Source of the DNA: Azolla caroliniana
Taxonomy: Eukaryota > Plantae > Polypodiophyta
DNA: 64,000 nt
Assembly (NCBI GenBank): GCA_043228905.1
Contig: JBHGNT010000016.1
Location: 4,278,001-4,342,000 of the forward strand
Direction: 5' to 3'
Below, piece by piece: positions 37,969 through 50,199 of this stretch (positions are counted from its first letter, which is position 1; the number at the start of each line of letters is the position of its first letter). The notes beneath the pieces are model-generated. The model was given only the letters and a program-made list of their open reading frames with translations, made no database searches and was not told the origin of the DNA. A program made the translations under genes and the position numbers.

Positions 37969-40900
37969 AAGTGTACGATAGCGAAGAAGACCTGTACCAT
38001 AGGTAGGAAATTTTGGTTCTCCGACAGCGGAGGTTGTACTATAACCAGTGTCAGTGGCAGGGAGATGAAGCGAGCGGAGGAGCGGCTCAGGGGATGTAGA
38101 GTCCTCTTCCCCGACGAGGGCATCAGCGGTGCCGTGGAGGCGGTCTCTTTTGACGATACCTTGGGCGAACTACAAAAGGTGATCGGTGAAGACCTTAGAG
38201 AAGACCGGACCGTTCCGGTGGGGTCGATAGGAATGTACGAAGTCATCGCAGACTTCGAGGAAAGGATCGGGTCGGATCGGACGGCCCGCGTGGATACGAA
38301 ATAGAAGACGGTGGATCGGAAGGTGAGGCCAGTCGCGGCTCCCTTGCCGGAGGGCAGCGAGTTGCGAATAAAGGGGGTTGCGTCGGACCCGAGTTTATGA
38401 AATCCGGCCCGCAGAGGACACACGTTCACCGACATAACGCTACGCGAGCTCAAAATCGGTGGGGGCGGCTTCCTATTGCTGGCGGAAGAGGACCGTTTTC
38501 GGGGAATGCTCGGAAGGCACGGGAAGGCTTTCGCATTCTCACCGGAGGAGATCGGGTGCGTAGACCCGATAGTCGTGGAACCGATGGTGATATTCACGGT
38601 ACCGCATGTGCCGTGGAGTCACAAATTGATTCCAGTACCTAGAGCTCACATCCCGAAGCTGATGGAGCTGTTAAAGCAGAAGGTCGAGATGGGCATCCTT
38701 GAACCGTCGAGTGCCCCATACTCGAATCGGTGGTTTACCGTGCTGAAGAAGGACGGCACGCTACACTTTATTCAAGACCCGCAGCCGGTCAACAAGGTGA
38801 CCATTCGAAACGCAGGAATCGGACCGACAATAGACGAGTTCGCGGAGGCCTTCGCCGGAAGGTCGATTTACTCGGTCGGTGATCTCTACTCGGGGTACGA
38901 TCAGTTCCTGCTAGCCATAGAGAGCAGAGACATCACGACAATGTGAACTCCTCTCGGCCTAGTACGGATGTGTACCCTACCACAAGGAGGGATGAACTCG
39001 GTGGCTCACATGGTGAACGCAATGAACAAGGTGTTGAGGGATTGTATCCCGAACATCACCATACCGTTTCTGGACGACGTCCTGATCAAGGGATGCCCGG
39101 TGGAGGAAAAGGACGAGACGATCGGACCGGACGGGTGCCGGAAATTCGTGGCGACGCACATCGATGATTGCGAGAAGGTGCTGCAGAGGTTGGAGGGCGC
39201 GAGGCTCACCTTCTCTGGGGGAAAATCGGCCTTCGGGCAATCAGAGATCATGGTCGTCGGACACCTATGCGGGTCATACGGCTGGAAATCGTCTCCGACT
39301 AAGGTAGAAGCCATCTCCGTGATGAAGGACGACTGTAGCTCGGTCACGAAGGTTCGGAGGTTCTTGGGGGCGTGCGCGTTCTACCACATATGGATCCCGC
39401 ATTACGCTCACGTCGCGGAGCTGTTATACGGGTTGCTGAAAAAAGGGCGAAAATTCGAGTGGAGAGACGAGCATACGGAGTCTGTCCGAAAGATGAAGGA
39501 AGCACTTGCCGCAGCTCTGGCGCTCCGGAAGGCTGTCTACGGAAAGGACACTCCAATTTACGTAACGATAGACACGAGTCCGACCGGGATTGGATGGGTC
39601 GTCAACCAAGAGGACGAGGACGGCATGCGTTTCCCAATCCGGTTCGGCGCGAAGGTCCTCAGCGAGCGACAACGAGGATACGCCCAGGTTAAACGCGAGC
39701 TCTAGGGTATCGTTTCGATTGTAAAGGCCGATAAAGACTACCTGATTGGGGCGGAGGTAATTATCGAGACAGACTGCCTGCCAATTCTTGGCATGGTTTC
39801 CAGATGCGCGACGCCGGACCTGGCAATGCTCAGGTGGATAGCGTACATCAAGTCCCTGAATCCGGAAATATGACAAATTTCCGGGAAAGACAATGCCATG
39901 GCCGACATGCTTTCAAGGGCGAGGTTTGAAAATGAGGGCGGCATGGTTTCGGAGGACGAGCAAGTCGGCGTGGACTTCTTCGAGGCGGCTCACGTAACAA
40001 CCGGTAGGGAATGCACTCCAACGCTTAATGATTTCGACGAGAGCGAGTACAACGGGGAGTGGCTGCAGATCGGCGGGTTCCTGAAAACAATGACACCGGA
40101 CGCGGCATGGACAACGGATGAGGCCAACCGGATTCAGAAGAAAGCCTACCGATTCTTTCTCCGGGACAGGTACATATGGAAGCACCTGAAGAAGAGGAAC
40201 GGCATCCCGCTCTGAGTGGTGGCGAAGAAGGAGGAACAGGAGGATTTGCTGACGGCGTACCACGATAGCCCTAGGGCTGGACACCGTGGAACGTGGGCCA
40301 CGTTTGAAAAGCTAAAGGGGAAGTACTGGTGGCCGGGACTATACCGGGACGTGCATCGTTTCGTGACGACTTGCGAAAGCTGTCAGGTGCACTCCATGAT
40401 CTGACACCGGGACGAGCTTCACCTGACCTACCCTCTGACCGTCCACTTCAAGTGGATGGTGGATTTGGTGACGATGCCAATGGGGGTAGGGCAGATGCGG
40501 TATCTGGTGCTGGCTCGAGAGGATCTAACGAGCCAGGTTGAAGGCCGAGCTCTGCAGAACAAGACGACTACAGCCATATGCCGTTTTTTGTTTGAGGACG
40601 TGGTATGCCGATACGGGTGCGTAGGGAAGATCGTGGCTGACCGTGGTGAGTTGGACGCAGAAGAGGCCGAGGAGCTGTTCGACCAGCTAGGAGTCAAACT
40701 TTCGCTCACCACAACGTACAATCCGGAGGCGAACGGGAAGGTGGAGCGCGGACACGGGCCAATTGTCAAAGCACTAGTACGAGCGTGCGGAGGCCAAGTC
40801 GGGAACTGGCCACGGCTGCTACCTTATGCCTTGTGGGCGGACCGGACTATGCACAGTTCGGGAACCGGGTTCATGCCGACCGAGCTTATGTTCGGACAGA

Positions 40901-41397
40901 AGCCGATCATGACAACAGAGCAAACGATCTCCTCGTGGGCCACGGTGGACTGGAGGGATGAGATGAGCCGGGAGGAACTGTTGGCGGCGCGGATTCGACA
41001 GCTCGAGCGGAGGCCGGAGGACGTAGAGCGAGCCGCGGAGAAACTTCGGGTAGCAAGAATAAGGAACAAAGCCCGGTTCGACCGAACACACCGGCTCCGG
41101 CCAAGGAAGATCGAGGAAGGCGACTGGGTGCTAGTCTACGACAGCAACCTCGACAATCAGCACAGGGCCACGCGGAAGTTTGCGAGGAGGTGGTTCAGGC
41201 CTTACGTAGTTACAGGCGCCAACGACAATGGGACGTACCATCTCGCGGAGCTCGACGGTACGAGAATGGCGATACCGGTAGCGGGGAAGAGGATCAAAGC
41301 GTTCAAGAAACGACATGACGGTGAGCCGGAGCTAGGGGGCATGGACAGCAACGACGAGCAGCCTGAGGCGGAGGACGAACCAGTAAACGAGGAATAA
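37903..41397 (+). pseudogene. A pol (RT-RNase H-integrase), -1 frame, multiple stops
   Basis: DLYSGYDQ, LPQG, FLDD; RH DTSP..IG; IN H.....GH..C..C, ADRGE, NPEANGKVERGH; acidic tail; no chromodomain seen. Confidence 0.9.
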
Positions 41398-41473
41398 AAG
41401 CAACGACCGGTTCTCTCCAGTAGGAACCCAATTTTGGCGCATACCGGTGCATGCGCGGTTAGGTGGGGGCGGA

Positions 41474-42161
41474 TGTCGTGAAGAAACCTGTCCCCAGGTG
41501 CAAACCGTGTATAGCGTGTGTGAACCGGCCCTTACACGTGGGCACGCTCCTTATTGTATAGTAGATAGGTAGGCACAGAATTCGAATCCTAGGTAGCAAT
41601 ATTCTATAGGGAGAATCGAGGAGTATCTCTGTCCGAAAGGACAGAGAGTTAATGTGATGTAAACGGGGGAAACAGCCTCCCTCCTTGAGCTATAAAAGAG
41701 AGGGAGACGGGGGAGAGAAGGGATCGCGGGGAGAGGGGACGAAGTGCTGTCGGACTGGGACCGAGTTCTTCTTCTCTGTCGTTCTCCATAGCTTTCTTTT
41801 GTGCAGGTTCTCAGGAGGCTGATTCTGTCTCGTGGAACGCTCGTGTGCTTCTGGCAGAATCTCCATCTTGCTCCCGTGTGTCTGTAGGTGATCAGGCGTC
41901 GGCATCCGTCTCGCCGTCCTGATCGGCTGTAACCGTTCGAGTCGCCTGCATACATACAAATACATACATATTTTTTTTATGTACATACGCTAGTGTTATC
42001 AACTCGTGTCTCCTGTGTTGATTGGGCCGCGTCCCCGTGCGCTTCTTTGTCTATACGTGAGTGAGCGTCTCTCTCTTTCTCCCTCTTTTCTCACCTATTC
42101 GTCGGTCCAAGACCCCAATGGTCCCGCCTTGTTCTCCACGCACGCGCGTAGCAACGCGACA
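41474..42161 (+). repeat. A 3' LTR
   Basis: Direct repeat of 35056-35743. Confidence 0.95.
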
Positions 42162-42854
42162 ACGTGTACAACAACTTGAAGTGACTATTGTATCACTACA
42201 ATAACAAGGATCAAGCACTCAAGGGACTCACAAAGAACCCAAGATCGGACTTCCTATGAAATTTGATGGGACCCGATCACAGTTCAGAGGTTTTCTTAAT
42301 TAGGAACGCTTAGTGATTCAAATGCATCCTTCTTGATATCCCACCGATGCATCACGAGTGGGAATAGTAGGCACGACTTTGGTATGGTTGGCCCCCCTCT
42401 TAGAAAAAAACTCTCCCTTGTTAAATAATTTCGAAGAGTTTATTATCGAGTTTAAAGCATGTTTTGGAGATACCGACAGTGTTCGGATGACAATCAACAA
42501 AATCCGAAGATTGTGCCGAGGTGAGCAGTCGGCCTCGGCTTATGCTGCGGATTTCCATCTTCTCGCCACTAATATTCCCTAGGATGACCAGGCATTAATG
42601 GAGCAATTTCGTTTTGGCCTACCTAATGATGTCAAGGATTTACTCTTAACTTTCCCCAAAGAGCCAAAGTCATTAATAGAAGCAATCAGTCGCGCGGTGC
42701 GTGCAATAACCGCCTTTTCGAACGACGCTCACAGATGCCAAAGACAAGATCAGAGCCCACCTACGCCTCAGTTGTAGCAAAACCTTTTCCAAAGGGGTCA
42801 TATAATGTGTCTCTAGCAAATACTCCAACTCCGATGGAAATCAACACCACATGT

Positions 42855-43501
42855 TGTCGTGAAGAAAACCGTCCCCTGGCGCAATCGGTGAATAGCGCAC
42901 ATGAACCGGCCCTTCATGTGTGCGCACTCTTAATGTATATAATAGAGAATTAGGTACAGAGAGAGATCCAGGGTAGTTAGATTCGGTAGGTAGGAAGTAA
43001 ATGAGGGAGACGGCTCCCTTCTTGACGCTATAAAGGAGAGGGAGACGCAGGGAGAACGAAAGGGCATTAAGGAGGACGAAGTGCTGTCGAACCGGAACCG
43101 AACGCTTCTCCTCTGTCTGTTCTCAATTACCCTTCTCTGCAGGTTTCGGGAGGCTCGCGCTGCTTCGAGGAACGCCCGTGTGCTTCCGGCAGCACCTCCA
43201 TCCTATTCCCATTTCGTGCGTCGACGAACAAGCATCGGCATCTGTCCGCCGGCCTGTTCGGTTGTAGCCGCTCGCGTGTTCTGTTGTGTACTCTTTATTC
43301 GTTAATATACAAACACTTGTTTCTTCCTGTCTCTGTGTCCATTCGCGTCTTCTGTGTTGACGGGCCACGCCCCTGTGTTTGTTTGCTCATACGTGACCGG
43401 GCGTCTCTCTCATCCTCTTTCCCCTTCTATCACCTGCTCTTCGGTTCAAGACCCCGGTGGTCCCGCCTTGTTTCTCCACGCACGCGCGTAACAACGCGAC
43501 A
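42855..43501 (+). repeat. B 5' LTR
   Basis: Direct repeat of 49245-49891. Confidence 0.95.
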
Positions 43502-43545
43502 TCTTTGGTGAACCCGACGTGAAGCAGGCGGCAGAGGAGCAGAAG

Positions 43546-45674
43546 ATGAGGGGGTCGGATCTTGCAGAGGCCATGGCTTCGGCCGTGGACCGGATAGTGA
43601 GCGCGCGCGAGGGCACTAGCGCCCTTGACAGGGCTATTGAGGCGATCGTTGGTATGATCGGCCGGTTCAGTGGAAAGGATGCCACGAGTTATTTGGCGTC
43701 CTATCGGGCGGAGATGTTGATGAGGGATATTCCGGAAGAGAGGCGTCTTGCCGGATTCCCTCGAGTGGCGATGCCAGGCATCCATGCGGATGTACTCGAG
43801 GTCCGGGCGGAGAGCCGGACCTAGGAAGAGTTCGAAGGACGGCTCCTGGAGAAATACGGGCTGGATGACGCGCTTCGACTTTCGAAGCGGAGCTTCATGG
43901 AGTGGGTGGAGTCCCCCAACAAAGGAAGAAATGCGTCGGTACTCCTCCGGGAGTTTGAGGAACGCTTTGCGCGCCTTTCGGTGCTCGATCGGACTATTCT
44001 GGACACAAGTCGTGTCCTACTGTTTGTCAAATCGGTTGACGCACGGGATCGGGGGCAAGTTGGCTCCTTACTGGAAACCGAAGACGGGCTGACGACCGAC
44101 TGGGCCGCGGTAAAGAGAGTCCGCGGCTGTTTTGACAAACGGTGGGAGTGGGCTGATACAGAGGACTTGTCGCAGCAAGGAAGCTCGAATTGATACCGCA
44201 GGCACGAAGGGAAGAGACCCGGGAGTGGCTCGAAACCGGTTCGCCTTCGATCGGCGTGATCAGAGGCTCGTCCGGGGGAACATCTTTGGAGGAGTTGACA
44301 CGAGCGGTAAAGGATCTCCAGATCGCCCAGGCTCGGAGGGAAGGCGGCGATCAGGCTCGTGACCGACGGCCTCCGGCAGGAAATAGGTGCATGTGGTGCG
44401 ACGAGGTCGGCCACATCCGGAAAGACTGCGGGGACTTTATGGAGGCTTTGAGAAGCCGGGTAGTGTACCTGTGGGAGGGTCGGGTGCACGCCAACGATAC
44501 CCGAAGGGCCCTCAACTGAAACGACGGAAGAGGAGGAATGAAAAGGCTGATGGAAGAGGCGGCAGCCCGGCACGTGGAGGCCGTCCACTACTTAGCGTCA
44601 GCCGGTATTCGGGTCGGGGGCAGCGGGGCCCAGAAGGAGAGCAAAGCCGAGTTCTGGCCGACGGTGCTGGAAGGCCTCGCTGGTGCCCGACTGAAGAGGG
44701 ACGAGGCGGACCGCGCGGAGAAGCGGGTCCAGGAGGTAACTGGGTGGAGTGACCCGGTCGAAGAAAAGACGGGTTTCGTCGAAGCAGCTTGCCAGAACTA
44801 CGAGGCTCTAGTTGAAGACAAACGGGTGGGTAGAAACGGAGGGACTAGACCCTCACAAAGATACAAAACCCGATTCGGGCCGAAACGGAACGAGGTCGGT
44901 GAGTCCAGTGCCCGGGATAACCACAAGAAGGGCGGATACCGGTTGGGCACAGAGATCGAAAGGACCACGGACCTACGAAAGGTCCTGGAAGAACGAATTC
45001 TCGACAGCAAGGTGGAACTGTCGTTGCGAGAGGTGCTCGGGATAGCCAAGAAGGAGTTCCACGACTCCGTCGTGGACTTGGTGAAGAGGAAGAGGCTGTC
45101 GACGGAAGTAGAACCGGAAAGGCCGGTGGAAGTGCGGACGACGCACATAGAGGACACGACGCTGGAAGACGAGTGGGCGGAGAGCCACTATTCGAGGCCA
45201 CACTGGGCCCGAGCGACCACGGAAACCCCGGTGAAAATCGGAAATGTTCAGGAACCGGTGGTGGCACTGGTGGACCACGGTTCGGAAATAAACCTTATGT
45301 CCATGGACTTCTACAAAAAGGGGAAATGGCCAATCAACCCCACAAATGTATGATAGAGGCACGGGTGGAAGATACGGGTAGCGACGCGCGCCACCGAGGA
45401 ACTACACGGGGCCTGCCCAAACGTGCGAGTCAAGATCGGCGACGTCGAAATAGACCAGCACTTCTTTGTGCAAGAAACGTCCTCGCACCCGGTCATTCTA
45501 GGGGAACCATACATTACGGCAGCGCGAATGGAGACCAAGGTGCTGGACAACGGGTCGGCTTACGCGAGGGTCAAGAGCCAAGACGGGCGTCATTCAGTCC
45601 AGTTCCTGATGGTACGACCCAACCATGAGCGAAACCGCGAGTCCCTCGGTGGCGAGAACCGAGAGGATTTTTAG
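43546..45674 (+). pseudogene. B gag-protease ORF, disrupted
   Basis: Homologous to A gag-PR; CMWCDEVGHIRKDC, ALVDHGSEIN; stops, a frameshifting deletion near 44160 and an insertion near 45340. Confidence 0.88.
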
Positions 45675-45730
45675 AGAGGGCTGCCAAGGCATGGGGCCGC
45701 GACAGTCCGGACACTCCAGGAAAACCCCAC
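45665..45730 (+). promoter_or_regulatory. Predicted -1 frameshift signal of B
   Basis: G_GAT_TTT, then GGGCTGCC/GACAGTCC and TGGGG/CCCCA stems. Confidence 0.8.
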
Positions 45731-48700
45731 AAATGTACGATAAAAGCGAAACCAAAGAATCCTTGTACCATAAGTAGGAAGTTTTGTTTCTCCAACAACG
45801 GGGGGTGTACGATAGTCGGCGTCATAGGTCGAGAAAAGACAAGGGCGGAAGAGCGACTTCGGGCGTGCAGAGTTCTCGGGCCCAGCGAGGAAATCAACGG
45901 AGCCGTGGAGGCGGTCTCCTTCGACGATACCTTGGGAATACTGCGAGAGGTGGTCGGAGAGGGCCTTAAAGAGGACCAGACGATACCGGTCTATTCAGAA
46001 GAGATTTATGGAGTCATCGCGGACTTCGGTCGGGGGCTCGAGTTGGATCGGATGGCCCGGGTTAACACGAAGTACAAGACTGTGGACCGGAAGGTAAGGC
46101 CAGTCGTGGCACCCTTACCGGAGGGCAGCGAGTTGCGAATCGAAGGGGTCGCATCGGACCCCAGTTTACGTGATCCGGCCTGCATAGGACACACCTTCAC
46201 CGACAGAACGCTATGGGAGCTCAAAATCGGTGGGGGCGGGTTCCTACTACCGGCGAAAGAAGACCGGTTTCGGAGAATGCTCGGAAAGCACGAGAAAGCC
46301 TTCGCATTCTCGCCGGGAGAGATCGGGTGTGTAGACCCGACAGTCGTGAAGCTGATGGTGATATTCACGGTACCACATGTGCCGTGGAATCTCAAACCAA
46401 TTTCGGTACCGAGAGCTCACATCCCGGAGTTGATGGAGCTATTGAGGCAGAAAGTCAATATGGGTATCCTCGAACCATTGAGTGCCCCGTACTCGAACCG
46501 ATGGTTTACCGTACCGAAGAAGAACGGGACGTTGCGCTTCATTGAAGACCTGCAACCGGTCAACAGAGTGACCATTCGGAACGCAGGAATCGGACCAACG
46601 ATAGACGAGTTCGCGGAGGCCTTCGCCGGAAGGTCGATCTACTCGGTCGGTGATCTGTACTTGGGGTACGATCAGTTCCAACTAGCCGTAGAGAGTAGAG
46701 ACATTACGACGATGCGGACTCCTCTCGGCCTAGTGCGGATGTGTACCCTGCCACAAGGAGGAACGAACTCGGTGGCCCACATGGTGAATGCGATGAACAA
46801 GGTGCTGAGGAATTGTATCCCGGACATCACCATGCCATTCTTGGATGACATCCCGATCAAGGGATGTCCGGTGGAGGAAAAGGACGAAACGATCGGACCG
46901 GACGAATGCCGGAAATTCGTGGCGACACACATTGACGACTGCGAGAGGGTGCTGCAGAGGCTAGAGGACGTGAGGATCACCTTCTCCGGGGAGAAATCGG
47001 CCTTCGGGCAATCGGAGATCATGGTCTTCGGACATCTATGCGGAGCGTATGGCCGGAAACCGTCTCCGGCTAAGGTGGAAGCCATCTCCGCTATGGAGCC
47101 CGACTGTAACTCGGTCACGGAGGTACGGAGGTTCTTGGGAGCATGCACGTTCTACCACATATGGATCCCGCATTACGCCCACGTTGCCGAGCCGCTATAT
47201 GGGTTGCTGAAAATGGGGCGAAAATTCGAGTGGCGAGACGAGCATGCGGAGTCGGTCCGAAAAATGAAGGAGGCTCTTGCTGCAGCTCCGGCACTCCGGA
47301 AGGCTGTCTACGAGAAAGGCACTCCCATCTACATAACGGTAGATACGAGTCCGACTGGAATCGGATGGGTCGTCAACCAAGAAGATGAGGACGACATTCG
47401 GTTCCCAATCCGGTTCGGCGCGAAGGTCCTCAGTGAGCGACAGCGAGGATACGCCCAGGTTAAACGCGAACTCTGGGGTATCGTTTCGGCGGTGAAGGCC
47501 GATAAAGACTATCTGATTGGGACAGAGGTGATTATCGAGACGGGCTGCCTGCCGATTCTCGGCATGGTTTCCGGATGCGCAACCCCGGACCTGGCAATGC
47601 TCAGGTGGATAGCGTACATCAAGTCACTGGATCCGGAAATACGACACATTTCCGGGAAAGACAATGCCATGGCCGACATGCTTTCGAGGGCGTGATTCGA
47701 CGACGAGGGCAACATGGTTTCGGAGGACGAGGAAGTCGGCGTAGACTTCTTCGAGGCGGCTTACGTAACAACCGAGGGGGGAAGCACTCCGGCGCTTAAC
47801 GATTTCAACGAGAGCAAGTACGACGGGGAGTGGCTGCAAATTGGGGGATTCTTAAGGACAATGATGTCGGACGCATCGTGGACAAGGGACGAGGCCAACC
47901 GGATCCGGAAGAAAGCATACCGATTCTTTCTCCGGGACGGATACTTGTGGAAGCACCCGAAGAAGAGGAACGACATCCCACTTCGAGTAGTGGCAATGAA
48001 GGAGGAACGGGAGGAATTGCTGAAGGCCTACCACGACAGCCCCTGGGCTGGGCACCGTGGGACGTGGGCCACGTTCGAGAAGCTGAAGGGGAAGTACTTG
48101 TGGCCGGGACTGTACCGGGACGTGCATCGGTTCGTGACAACTTGTGAGAGCTGTCAAGTGCACTCCGTAGTCCGACATCGGGATGAGCTTCACCCCACGT
48201 ACCCTCTGGCCATCCACTTCAAATGGATGGTAGATTTGGTGACGATGCCGATGGGCGTAGGACAGATCTGATATCTGGTACTGGCCCGAGAGGACCTGAC
48301 GAACCAGGTGGAAGGCCGAGCCCTGCAGAACAAAACAACCGCGGCCGTGTGCCGGTTCCTGATCGAGAACGTGATATGCCGATACGGGTGCGTTAGAAAG
48401 ATCGTGGCTGACCTCAGGGAGTTGGACGCCGAAGAGGCCGAGGAGCTGTTCAACCAGTTGGGGGTCAAGCTCTCACTCACCGCAGCATACAATCCGGAGG
48501 CAAATGGGAAGGTAGAGCGCGGGCACGGGCCAATCGTCAAAGCGCTAGTCCGGGCATGCGGAGACCAGGTCAGGAATTGGCCGCGACTGTTACCCTATGC
48601 CTTGTGGGCGGACCAGACAACGCACAGTTCGGTAACTGGGTTCATGCCGTCGGAACTCATGTTCGGACAGAAGCCGATCATGCCGATGGAACAGACGATC

Positions 48701-49132
48701 TCCTCTTGGGCGACAGTAGACTGGAGCGACGAAATGAGTCGGGAAGAATTGCTAGCAGCGCGTATACGATAGCTCGAGCGGAGGCCAGAGGACGTGGAAC
48801 GAGCGGCGGAGAGATTTCGGACGGCGAGGATGAAGAACAAAGCCCGGTTTGACCGGACGCACCGGCTCCGACCGAAGAAAATCGAGGAAGGCGACTGGGT
48901 GCTAGTTTACGACAACAGCCTCGACAACCAGCACCGAGCAACACGGAAGTTCGCGAAGCGGTGGTTCGGGCCTTACGTGGTAACGAGCGCCAACGACAAC
49001 GGGACGTATCACCTGGCGGAACTCGATGGTACGAGAATGGCGATGTCGGTAGCAGGGAAGCGGGTCAAAGTGTTTAGGAAACGCCACGACGACGAACCGG
49101 ATCTAAGAGGCCTGGACAGCGAAGACGAATAG
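45665..49132 (+). pseudogene. B pol (RT-RH-IN), -1 frame
   Basis: Open from the slippery site to 47695, then point stops; FLDD, WFGPY. Confidence 0.9.
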
Positions 49133-49244
49133 TCCGAAACGGAGGGCGAACCGATGGACGAAGAAACGGGACCCAGACCGGTTTTCTCCAACCAGAAACC
49201 AATTTTGGCGCATACCGGTGGATGCGCGGTTAGGTGGGGGTGGA

Positions 49245-49891
49245 TGTCGTGAAGAAAACCGTCCCCTGGCGCAATCGGTGAATAGTGCACATGAACCGGC
49301 CCTTCACGTGTGCGCACTCTTAATGTATATAATAGAGAATTAGGTACAGAGAGAGATCCAGGGTAGTTAGATTCGGTAGGTAGGAAGTAAATGAGGGAGA
49401 CGACTCCCTTCTTGACGCTATAAAGGAGAGGGAGACGCAGGGAAAACGAAAGGGCATTAAGGAGGACGAAGTGCTGTCGGACCGGAACCGAACGCTTCTC
49501 CTCTGTCTGTTCTCGGTTACCCTTCTCTGCAGGTTTCGGGAGGCTCGCGCTGCTTCGAGGAACGCCCGTGTGCTTCCGGCAGCACCTCCATCCTATTCCC
49601 ATTTCGTGCGTAGACGAACAGGCATCAACATCTGTCCGCCGGCCTGTTCGGTTGTAGCTGCTCGCGTGTTCTGCTGTGTACTCTTTATTCGTTAATATAC
49701 AAACACTTGTTTCTTCCTGTCTCTGTGTCCATTCGTGTCTTCTGTGTTGACGGGCCACGCCCCTGTGTTTGTTTGCTCATACGTGACTGGGCGTCTCTCT
49801 CATCCTCTCTCCCCTTCTATCACCTGCTCTTCAGTTCAAGACCCCGGTGGTCCCGCCTTGTTTCTCCACGCACGTGCGTAACAACGCGACA
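49245..49891 (+). repeat. B 3' LTR
   Basis: Direct repeat of 42855-43501. Confidence 0.95.
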
Positions 49892-50146
49892 ACATCGTCG
49901 CAGAACATTATCGGAACAGGAAAAGCAGCGAGGCCGAGCAAATAGACTATGTCTCTATTGTGGTGGACTAGGGCATATTGGGGTGAACTGTCCCCATAGG
50001 CCAAGAAGACAGGTAAACCAAATAGTCGCTAGTTCTAATTGTACTAAATCTGAGTCTATTTCAGTAGGAATATCTGATAGTCCTAATAGTACTAATAGCC
50101 CAAGCCTTTCAAACAAATTTGAAATCCTTTGTCAACTAGAAGAAGA

Positions 50147-50199
50147 GTTAAACAATTAAGTCCAGCCAAAATAGGAGCCGTTTGGTTGGACAACCCTAG
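50147..50199 (+). promoter_or_regulatory. Predicted -1 frameshift signal of X (gag/pol)
   Basis: G_TTA_AAC just before the gag stop, 6-nt spacer, 11-bp stem 50160-50170/50181-50191; PR follows in the -1 frame. Confidence 0.7.

Larger units (their letters stand above)
35056..42161 (+). mobile_element. Ty3/gypsy copy A, full-length
   Basis: 688-bp LTRs TGTCG...CGACA, 4-bp TSD ACGT, tRNA-Trp PBS, PPT AGGTGGGGGCGGA; order gag-PR / RT-RH-IN. Confidence 0.96.
42855..49891 (+). mobile_element. Ty3/gypsy copy B, full-length
   Basis: 647-bp LTRs, PBS 43506-43522, PPT AGGTGGGGGTGGA; flanks ATGT/ACAT; internal region closely related to A. Confidence 0.96.

Noticed and set aside
35941-49758. Many long antisense or overlapping ORFs in A and B (e.g. 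35941-36711, 37809-38597, 49009-49758)
   Set aside because: Shadow ORFs of GC-rich gag/pol or LTR sequence; starts and ends are not conserved among A, B and C.
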